Positions 1 to 9,921 of a DNA stretch of 20,000 nt are shown here, piece after piece. The position numbers and the translations under genes were made by a program. This DNA is from Rhizaria sp. SCN 62-66 (taxonomy: Eukaryota): NCBI GenBank assembly GCA_001724265.1, contig MEDY01000121.1:50926-70925 (forward strand). The letters are read 5' to 3'. The first letter of the stretch is position 1, and every line of letters begins with the position of its first letter. The notes below the pieces were generated by a model, which saw only the letters and a program-made list of their open reading frames with translations, had not been told where the DNA came from and did not search any database.

Positions 1-3000
1 CCCGTGGCGCAACTGCTGGCCATCGACCCCGCGCTCTACGATGCGCTGGCTGCGATGTCCCCGGCCGACGTGGCCGAGGTGTGTCTGCACATCAATAGCA
101 TTCTCGACCCCTCAACCGCGACGCCGCCCGCCCCCGCACAGCACCAGCAACAACAGCAGGAGGAGGCGGCTAGCAACGCCGCCCCCGCCACCACCGTGAG
201 TGACAAGAAGGACAAGAAGGACAAGAAAGACAAGAAGGGCGACAAGGCGGACAAGAAGGACAAGGATGACAAAAAGGACAAGAAGGACAAGAAGGACACG
301 TCGAGCAGCTCTAGCTCTAGCTCTAGCTCTAGCTCTAGCTCGAATGCCCCCGCGGCCGCTGCCTCTGCGTCTGCGCCTGCTTCCGCGGTGGACCCCCGCG
401 CGATGTGGATCAGCCTGCTCCGCACGGCCGCCGCGGCCGCCGGGCTGCGCGACTGCGGCTCGGGCTCATACTCGGTGCAGGAGCTGGTCCGCCTCAAGGA
501 CTTCCTCTCGGCGCAGCTCAGCCAGCACCATCACGCGCCCAACCCTCAGCTGCCCGGCAGCGCCGCGGGCGTCCTCACGGGCCCCTTCCTCGCCAGCGGC
601 CACGCCGGCAGCAGCGGCAGGGCCGGTCCGCACGGCGGCCGCAGGGTGAGTGGCGGCGGCGGCGCCGGTTACGAGTACGGCGGCTACCTGGCCCCGCCCG
701 GCAAGGCGCAGGCGCGCGGGCGTGGCCTAACTTCCAACGCCCCCAGCGCCAGCGCGAACAACAACAGCAACAGCAGCGGCAACGGCGCGAACGCTGCCGC
801 TGATCCCGCTGCCGCTGCCGCTGCGGCCGCCGCTGCTGCCGCCGCCGCCGCGGCCGCCGCTGCTGCCCAGAGCAATGCGGACAAGACCGACGCCGACGCC
901 GCCGCGGCCGCCATGGCCGCCGCCTCCGCCGCGGCCGCCGCAGCCGCAGCCGCAGCCGCAGCCTCCGCGGCCTCTGCCCCGTCCCAGTCCCAGTCCCAGT
1001 CCCAGTCCCAGCAGTCTCAGCAGGCGCAGGCGCAGGCGCAGTCGTCGCTGGGGCTGGTCCAGGGCCTGCAGGGGCTGCACCTGGCGCTGGCCGGTCCCGG
1101 TGTTAGCGCCCATGCGCCGCACCTCGCGTCCATGGCCGCCGCCGCGGCGGCCGAGGTCTCGGGCATTGCGGCCCTCGCGGCGTCCTACGGCCAGTCCGTC
1201 CCCGCCGCGGTCGCCGCTGGCGCCGGCGCCGCCGGCACCGCGAGCACCGCTGTGACGACCGTCACGGCTGGTACTGCCTCCGCTGCCTCTGCTGCTGGGT
1301 CTTCGCCGTACACGGTGGGCGGGCTGAATGTCAGTCTGGAGAACTCGCACCCGATGTTCTACACGCTCGCGCCCGACTTCCTCGTCCAGGAGTACCTCTT
1401 GCGCCAGGCCCGCCTCCAGGAGGCGCAGAACCTTGTACGTCGCACTTTCAACCACAGGCTATTTCTTTGATGGATTGCGTATTTTATCTTAAGTGGTGTT
1501 CATGATATTGTGTTAACCTACAATTTTGTAATATTATTCAGTTTCCTGCAGTTAGGTTATTTTATCTTGTTTGAACTCTTAACTCACTCGTGTCCGTGTT
1601 CTGTCTCTACTCAATGTTTTTTTCTCTCTTTCTTTTTCAGGCCGCGATGAACGCCGCGGCAGCCGTGGCCAACTCAAACGCCAGCGCGGGCAACAACTCG
1701 AACAGCAACAGCAACAGCAACGGCGCTGGTGCCGGCAGCAACGCTGGCGGCAACAACGCGGGCGCAGGCGGCAACGCCGGCGGAAACACCGGCGGCGGCG
1801 GCGGCGGCAACAACGCCGCGCTCTCCCGCCGCCCCGGCGCCAAGCCCTCTGCGGCGGCGGGCAGCGGCGGCGCGTTGGGCGGCGGCATGGGCGGGCTAGG
1901 GCTGGGCGAGGAGGCGCGGCGGCTCGAGGCCGAGGAGCGCGCGCGCCTGGCCGAGATCGCACGCCTCGAGCTGCTATCGGAGCTAGACGCCGAGGAGGAG
2001 GGCGGCCGCAAGGGCAAGGGCGGCAAGGGCAAGCGCAAGGGCGGACATGGCAACCAGAGCCACAACGAGGCTGCCTACGTCGCGCCTGCTGTCGAGCTTA
2101 CTGCGCAGGAGAAGAAGGCCGCCACCGCCGCGGCCGCTGCGGCCACCGCTGAGCGCGCCAAGGCCGAGGCCGCGGCTAAGGAGGCGGCGGCGGCGGTGCG
2201 CGCGCAGCAGCAGGCGGCGGCCGCCAAGGCCAAGGCTGAGGCCGAGGCCGCCGCCAAGGCCAAGGCGGAGGCCGAGGCTAAGAAGAAGGCGGCGGCCGAG
2301 GAGGAGCTCAAGAAGCGGCAGGAGCAGCAGCGCGCGGCTGCGGCCAAGGCTAAGGCCGAGGCCGAGGCTTTGGCGCGCGCTCGGGCAGAGGAGGACGCGA
2401 AGCGGCGCGCCGAGGCCGAGGCGCGGCGCGCGGCTGAGGACAAAAAGCGGGCCGAGGAGGCGGCGGCCAAGAAGGCCAAGGCTGAGGCTGAGGCCGCGGC
2501 CAAGGCCGAGGAGACGGCGCGCAAGAAGAAGAAGGCCGAGGAGGAGGCGGCCGCGGCCGCGGCCAAGAAGGCTGAGGAGGACGCCGTCAAGAAGCGCCGC
2601 AAGGTCGAGGAGGAGGCTGCGGCCGCCGCCAAGAAGGCCGCCGCCGCGACCGCAGCCGTCGAGGCTAAGGCCAAGGCTGAGGCGGCGGCCGCCGCCGCCG
2701 CTGCTGCTGCCGCGCCCGCCGCTGCCCCCGTCTGGGCCAAGATCGCCGCAGGCACCGCAGTCCCCGTCTCTATCCCCGCCCCCGCTGCCGCTGCCTCCGC
2801 CTCTGCTACAACGGCTGCCCTAGTTGCGCCTCTGGCCACCAAGTCGAGCAAGGCCACGAAGCCCGCCGACTCCGCCTCTGCCTCTGCCGCTGTCTCCGGC
2901 GCGGCCTCTGGCTCTGGTTCCGGGGCCAGCAGCGGCTCCGTCTCGGCCGCGCCGTCGCCGCCGCCCACACAGGCCTCGACCGCCGCCGCCACTGCCTCTG

Positions 3001-5585
3001 CTACTGCCACGAACACTGGCGCTGGCACTGGCTCTGGCACTCCGAGTAAGAAGGCTGCTGGCCCGGCTCCCGAGCCCGAGTCTGCTGATGCTGATGCTGA
3101 GTCATCTGCCAACACCGAGCCCGCCTCAACCAACGCCAACGCTGACTCTAGCTCGAGCTCTCGCTCCGGCTCTGGCTCGAGCGCTGGCGCTGCCGTCGAC
3201 GCCGTCACCGGCGCCGCGGCTACCGCGTCGATGGACGAGCGCCTGGAGGCGGTTCTCTCGCAGAACGCGCTGCTGCGGCAGCTGGCTGACAGCCTCGAGC
3301 GCAAGGTTCGGCAGCTCGAGGACCAGCTCGTCTGGGAGCGCCATTACCGCGAGGCCGCTGCGCTCAACAGCAACAACAGCAACAACAACAACGGCACTGG
3401 CGCGGGCTCTGCCTCGGGCGCCGGCACTGACTCTTCTGCTCCAGGTTCTGCCGTCGGCTCTGGCTCTAGCGCCTCTGCTGCCGGCGCCGTTTCAGTCGGC
3501 TCCGGCTCCGGCGCTGGCGCTGGATCTGGTGCCGCAAGCTCTGTGTCGGCGGTCGGCGACGGCCTCGGTGGCCTCGGCCTCAGCAGCCTCGGCCTCGGCG
3601 TCGGCGTCGGCGGTGGAATGGGCAGCATCGGCTTCGACCGGCTCGACGACATGCTTGGCGGTAGTAGCGGGGTCGCCAACGCTGGCAACGTTGCCCACGG
3701 TCACAGCGGTCCCCACGGCCTTCAGGGAGGCCCCGTCGGTCCCCACGGCCACATGGGCGTCGGCGACTCTCGCGGCGGCCATCCCGCTCACGGTCACCCC
3801 GCTCACGGTCACTCTGCCCACGGTCACCCCCACGCGCCCCCGATGCACCCTGCCCACGTTCACTCGGGCCTGAGCCTGAACCTCGGCGGCGTCGGCGTCC
3901 ACGGCCACAACCACATGCACGGTCCCCACGGCCACGGCCTCCACCCCGGCATGCACGGCGGCCACCTGCAACAGCAGCAACAGCAGCAGCAGCAGCAGCA
4001 GCCCCACCACATGCTGCCCCCGCAGCACGGCGGCCCTCACGGCCACGGCCCCCACGGCCACGGCCCCCACGGCCACGGCGGAATGCTTGGCATGGGCAGC
4101 CTCGGCATGGGCGGCTGGGAGGGTCTCTCAGACGCCAACGACAACGGCCCCGGCGGCAACTCCGGCTCGGCCGCCGGCAACAACACGGGCAGCGGCAGCG
4201 GCAGCGGCAGCGGCAGCGGCAGCGCGCCCGGCGTGGTGTCGCCGTCCAACTCTGCCGCCGGCGCCGGCTCCAGCGTGGCCGCCGCTGCCCGTCGCCCCTC
4301 GCTGCCCCCGTCGGCCGCCGGACCGGTCTCGGCCACCGGCGGCGGCGGCGGCGGCAGCGGCGGCAGCGGCTCGGATTCGGTGGCTCTCAGCAACCTCGGC
4401 CTGGGCTCTCTCAGCCTCGGCCTCGGCCCCGCCCTCGGCTCCAGCGCCGCCTCCACCGGCCTCAGCGGCCCCAGTGGGCTGACAGGTCCCGGCGGCCTGA
4501 CTGGCCTCGGCCTCGGCCCCTCTGGCCTGGGTGGCCCCGCCGGCCTCGGCGCCACCGGCCTCGGCACCAGCACCCTGGGCCTCGGCAGCGGCGTCGGCGT
4601 CGGCGTCGGCGGCGGCATCGGCGGCCTCGGCAGCGCTGCCAACCCAGGCTTCGGCATCGGCCTCCGCGCTTCGGCCTTCGGGCTCGACTTTTTCGGTCCC
4701 ACTGGCGCCATCACCGGCGGCTCCTCCGCGGGCAACAGCAGCGGCGGCGAGTTCGTGTTGGGCTCCCACGCACTGCCCCCCATGGGCGCCTCTACCGGCG
4801 GCCCCCACGGCCCCCACGGGTCTCACGGTACTCATGGTGGCCACGGTCACTCGTGGGCGCTGCTCGACCCCACGCATGCCGCCGCCGCCGCCGGCGCGGC
4901 CGCGGCCTCTGGCGGCAGCGGCTCCGGCCTGCTCGGCCCCAACAGTGGCAGCGGCAGCGGCATGATGGATAACAACGCCCGGTCGCAGTCGATGAACATG
5001 CGTCCCCCCAGCAGCGGCAACAACAACGGGCCCAACAGCGGGCGCGGGTCTTTCTCCGGCTCCGGCTCCAACAGCAACAACAGCAACAGCAGCGGTGCCG
5101 GCAACAACGGGAGCTTCGTCCTGGGCGGCGGCGGCGGCAATAACGGCCCCTACGGCGGCAACGGCGCGCTGCCGATGCAGATGCCGCCGATGACCGTCTC
5201 CATGAGCGGCAACATGGGCAACAACAGCGGCGGCCAGGGCGGGATGATGCCCCACCCGCTTGCGCACGGCCACAGCGGCCACGGCGGCCACGGCGGCCCG
5301 CACAGCATGCACATGCAGCAACAGCAGGGGCAGCGCGGCAACAACATGATGATGTCTGGCCCCCACGGCCCCCTTAACGGCCCCCACAGCGGCGGTATGA
5401 TGCACCCTCAGCAGCAGCAGCAGCAGCAGCAGGGCCAGCAGGGTCCGATGGGTGGCGACGGCAACATGATGATGTGGAGTAACAACAACGGTAGCAACAA
5501 CAGTGTCAACAACAACAACAACGGCAACTTTGCCCAGGGACAGCAGCAGCAGCAGCAGGGCCAGGGGAAGCCTGGTCGCCGCTAA
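1..5585 (+). CDS. 5'-truncated large low-complexity protein of unknown function; join(<1..1434,1641..5585), >1790 aa; KKD repeats, Ala/Glu/Lys coiled coil, short leucine-zipper-like helix, His/Gly/Pro-rich and Q/N/G/M-rich C-terminus
   Basis: Open frame from base 1 with strong GC3 bias. An AT-rich gap 1435-1640 is bounded by GTACGT and TTTTTCAG, phase 0 at both ends (...EAQNL|AAMNAA...). Stop TAA at 5583-5585. No catalytic domain recognised. Confidence 0.85.
202..340 (+). repeat. Coding tandem repeats: GACAAGAAG-like units (DKK) followed by TCTAGC units (poly-Ser)
   Basis: Directly visible 9-nt and 6-nt periodicity within gene 1 exon 1. Confidence 0.9.
1435..1640 (+). other. Spliceosomal intron (206 nt, phase 0)
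   Basis: GTACGT donor, CTCAC at 1583-1587, pyrimidine tract, CAG acceptor; frame preserved. Confidence 0.9.
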
Positions 5586-5618
5586 GCGCCTTGCCGTCTA
5601 AGCACCTTGCCGTCTAAG
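5582..5618 (+). repeat. 16-nt tandem duplication overlapping the gene 1 stop codon (CTAAGCRCCTTGCCGT, ~2.3 copies)
   Basis: ctaagcgccttgccgt / ctaagcaccttgccgt / ctaag. Confidence 0.9.
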
Positions 5619-6098
5619 TAGCTTGTTGTCGAAGTACCACTTCCAGCTTGTCACGTCAAGCTGTTGTTTGCTCGCTAAGATGCATTGCTCTCGGCTGTAG
5701 TTCCTCTTGCTGTCGATATAGAAGTGTCTCGTCCCTTTGTTGTTCTAACATCGGCGAGCAACACCGACTCTTCCAACACACACGCACATACGCACGCACA
5801 CAAAGAGACACACATTGCCTTTGATATACGTGTTTCATGCCATTTATTTGATATGACGAACGATCATATCCCTCACATAGTCCAGCTAAATATTGCGCAC
5901 GCTCAGTTCACTGCGCGCGCTATCTTTCACCTTGTCTACACTACGTTTGTTTTCTGTTTCACGTTTTGTTTTCACCTTTCCCCGTGACTGTCAAGAAATA
6001 CGCAGTCTTGGGGCTTTCATGGAGGACATTCGCTCCTCTAATTTACTTTACTACATCAAACACGTAGTAAATGACCGAGTATTTTAAGTAACATGACC

Positions 6099-6165
6099 TT
6101 TTTTTTTTTCTTTCGCTTTTTTTGGCTTTTTTTTTTTCTTTTTTTTTTCTTTTTTCTTTTTTCTT
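6099..6165 (+). repeat. 67-nt T-rich tract (poly-A-like on the minus strand)
   Basis: Nearly pure T with interspersed C/G, in the spacer between gene 1 and the TTLL gene. Confidence 0.9.
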
Positions 6166-7194
6166 GACCACGCTTTCAGGGGGGCAACTCCGAAACAATT
6201 TGTGACATGCATTTCAATACATCATTCCATGCTTGTTGGTCAAAACGATTCTCGCTTTATCCGCAATATAGCATCACGCATTGCTGTAACTAGCTTTGAG
6301 GGCGGCGCTTTTGATTGAGACGCTCTTGCTGACAAGATTCATCAAGTGTTTTTGCCCAGCATATCTCAAATCTAGTTTAATGTGATCTATATGCTGATGT
6401 GATTGTTCATGCGAAGCAATACTGTCCGTCGTTCGAGCACACCTTAGCTAGACCAACTTTAAGCATTTTTAAGTTGTCCTCACACCCTTCCCTACTGACG
6501 CACATTAACGATAAAAGCTCGGAGCAGCACAGCGCACTTATATCATATTAAGCGTATCACCAACTGATGTCGTACACTTTGTTTGTGTGTTCGCTTTTAA
6601 TGTCAATGCTTATAACGCTGCTCTTGTTCCGCATAACACTTCAGTTTATGCGGTGACAACTGACTCGATCTACTAATAAGATCTTGCTTGACGCAAGAAT
6701 AACAACGTGTTCTAAATAACATGCTAGATATTCAACAATATACCAAAAAATCAAGATGAGATATTGTAGTTGTAGTCATTTGAGGCGAAAGATGCACGGT
6801 GTGCGCACCAGTTACTCGTTCCTGGCTGCCACCCAACGGCCATGACCGCAGCGATGACGGACCGGGCAATTGCACTCTCGCCCTTGAAGAGCGCGTCGGC
6901 GCGAGTGGTCGGCACGCATTCTGGCGCCACAGAGCTTTATATCGGTTACTAATGACATTTTTTTACACGTGCACTTTTTATTTATAGATTGATTTCACCA
7001 CCATGTGCGTTCTATCACCTTTGCGCAGACTCCCAAATTCGCTAATTTTCCTGTCCGCATACTTCCTTCTCTTCTCTTCTGCACCAGACCTTCATCTTCA
7101 CTTTTCTATCTGCAAGTCAGAGCACAAGACATAGCTTTGAGTTTCATTGAGAAAACCGCACTTATTTTCTTCCAAGTCGGCTCTCTCGGCCACC

Positions 7195-9873
7195 ATGTCC
7201 ACCCCTCTGTACCTCGGGACGGGCGTGGGCGCACCCTCCGGCCCTAACAACGCAGCCGCAACGCCGGCCCCTGCGGCCGATGCTGACTCCGCCCTCAACA
7301 CCAGCACCACCAACGAGGTCGACGCGCTCCTCGCCTCTCTCTCTCCCCAGGGCTCGGTGACCGCGCAGAAGCCCATGAGCCTTAGCAGTACCGCCGCAAC
7401 TACTGCCGCAGCATCTGCCTTTTCCTCTGCCTCCGCGATTGCTACCGCCCCCGCCCCCGCGCCCGCCAAGAGCGGCGCCCTCGACTGCGATGCCGAAGAC
7501 ACGGCTTATACCCTGCTCACGGCCTCCTCTGCCTCCGCGGACGCGTCCTCGGTGCACATGCCCGCGAACGGCGACTACTCGCTGGTGCTGACGGAGCGCC
7601 GCCCCGGGCTCACGGCCGCGGCCGCCCTGCGCTTCGTCGGCCACGGCGCGCCCGCGCTGTCGCGGCCCGTGCGCGCGCCTGCGGCCTCGTTCTCCTCCAA
7701 GAAGGAATACGCGCACGCACGCCGCGCGGAGCGGCAGTTGGCGGCCGTCAACGACGCGCAGACGCGCGCCGCCGCGCTTAAGGGGCTCTGCAAGCTCGCG
7801 CGCACCACGGCCAAGGCCGCGTTCGCCCGCCTCTCCCGTAGTAACAACAGCAGCGCGGGTGTCATCACCACTGCTAACGCGAGCCCGAGTGGCACCGCTG
7901 CGCGCGACACGCCTTCAAGCGACGCGTCGTCGTCCTCATCATCATCATCATTATCGTCGTCGTCGTCATCGTCATCGCAGTCTGCTGCTGTGGCACTGCC
8001 GGCGGACGCGATCGCGGCTATCTACGCCGAGACGCACCGGCTCCGCGGCGAGGGCCTGCTGCCGCGGCCGGTGTGGGCTTACGGCGCGCCGTACCCTGCG
8101 GTGCAGGCGCTGGTGACGATGCACCCGCCGCCGCGCGTGCTGCCCGTCGGGGTAAGTGGCGACCCGCCGGGGTACTTACACTGTCTCGACCCCGTCGCCG
8201 CGATCGTCACCAACGCGGCGGCGCTCGCGCCCGCGGTCACGGCTGCGCTCAACAGCCAGCAAAACACTGCTACGGTCAGCAACAGCAACAGCAGCAGCAG
8301 CAGCACCACCACCGCGATTGCCAGCAATGATACCGACGCGGCTGTGGATGAGTCTGCCACCGCTCTTGTCCCCGCCGGTAGTAATGCCCTGAGCGCTTCC
8401 ACTGGCACCGGCGTGAGCGTGTCCGACTGGCTTTACGCGCTGCCCACCCAGCTCAAGTTCAAGGTCGGCGTCGAAACCTGCCGCTACTCGGTCGTGTGGA
8501 CCGCGCTCCAGAACGCCGGGCTCAGCGAGACGGCCGCCACGGACTGGGCGTTGCGCTGGGGCCGATTCCTCTCCCAGGACGAGGCCAAGGCCTTTGCGCG
8601 CTCCCAACGCATGAACCACTTTCCCGGTACGCTTACTCAATAACTACTAAAAATGTGGTGATATCTCTGTAGTGTTGATATTCCACCGAATTAATCTGCG
8701 TTATTCTGACAATCTGACAATTATTTTGCATTTTATACCGAACATTTATTCTCGATGTTGAATGTCGTTATGGCATCTAAACTCACATGTTCATCGACTT
8801 GTGTGTTTGTGTATCCCCCAAGGCATCTGGGCTTTGGGCCGCAAGGACATGCTGGTCAAGACCATCGCCCGCGCCCGCCGCACCCTCGGAAGCGACTACT
8901 TCCCTTACTTGCCCGAGACCTACACTTTACCGGCCGACGCATCGCTGCTGGAGGCCCGCATGGCCGACGCCGCGCGCTCCGCCGCACTCACACACTCTAA
9001 CTCTACCAGCAGCGGCAACGGCAGCAACGGCGTGCTGGTAGGCGGGGGCGTGACGTGCCCCGAGGCTGCGCTGCCGTTGTGGATTGCGAAGCCCGCGTCG
9101 TCGTCGTGCGGCCGCGGCATCCGTGTCGTGACCAAGTTTGCTGAAGTTGACCCCTCGCGGCTCAAGGCGCCCAAGGCCTCGGCCGCCGCCGCCGCCGCCG
9201 CCGCGCTGGCCGTGGCCGCGGACGGTGGCAGCGAGGCAGAGGCCGCCGCGGCGGGCACGGCGGCAGCTGCGGCGGCCGTGGCGGCGGCGCGTGGCAAGAA
9301 GATGGTTGTGTCGCGGTACATCGCTAACCCCTACCTCATCGGCGGCAAGAAGTTCGACATGCGCATTTACGTCTTCATTTCCTCGTTTTCTCCGCTCAAG
9401 GTCTACCTCTACGGCGAGGGGCTTGCTCGGTACGTATCACATGTAACATCGTTGCAAGAAGCAATGTTTACATGCAATTCATGTATATTCGTGTCACTGC
9501 ACTTGATTTAGCAGTGCATTCTCTTTATGGGAACTGGTTACTCACGCTTTTGATATTCTATTTGTTTGTTTTCTTTGCGCCATTTCAGCTTTTGCACGAT
9601 GCCATACTCTGCGTCGGCGGACAAAGACTCCCGCTCCGCGCGCTTTGCGCACCTGACCAACTTCAGCGTCAACAAGAAGAACGCCGCGTTCGTCAAGAAC
9701 CAGGACCAGGACAAGGCCGACGACGACGCCGACAGCAAGGACGCCGACGCGGAGGGAGAGGCCGACGCCGAGGTGGCGGCCGCGGTCGCCGCAGCGGTGA
9801 CCAAGAGCGGCAAGGGGGGCGCGGCTGCCGGCAAGAAGGCCAAGAAGGCGGGTGCGTTCGCTGCGGACGACCG

Positions 9874-9921
<48 letters not shown>

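Noticed and set aside
2100-2700. Resemblance to bacterial TolA (AEK-rich)
   Set aside because: Compositional similarity only, inside an intron-containing eukaryotic gene.
5776-5813. CA-rich run in the gene 1 3' flank
   Set aside because: Ordinary degenerate microsatellite.
6170-6200. Hammerhead ribozyme (hairpin followed by CGAAAC)
   Set aside because: No CUGANGA core upstream of the hairpin.
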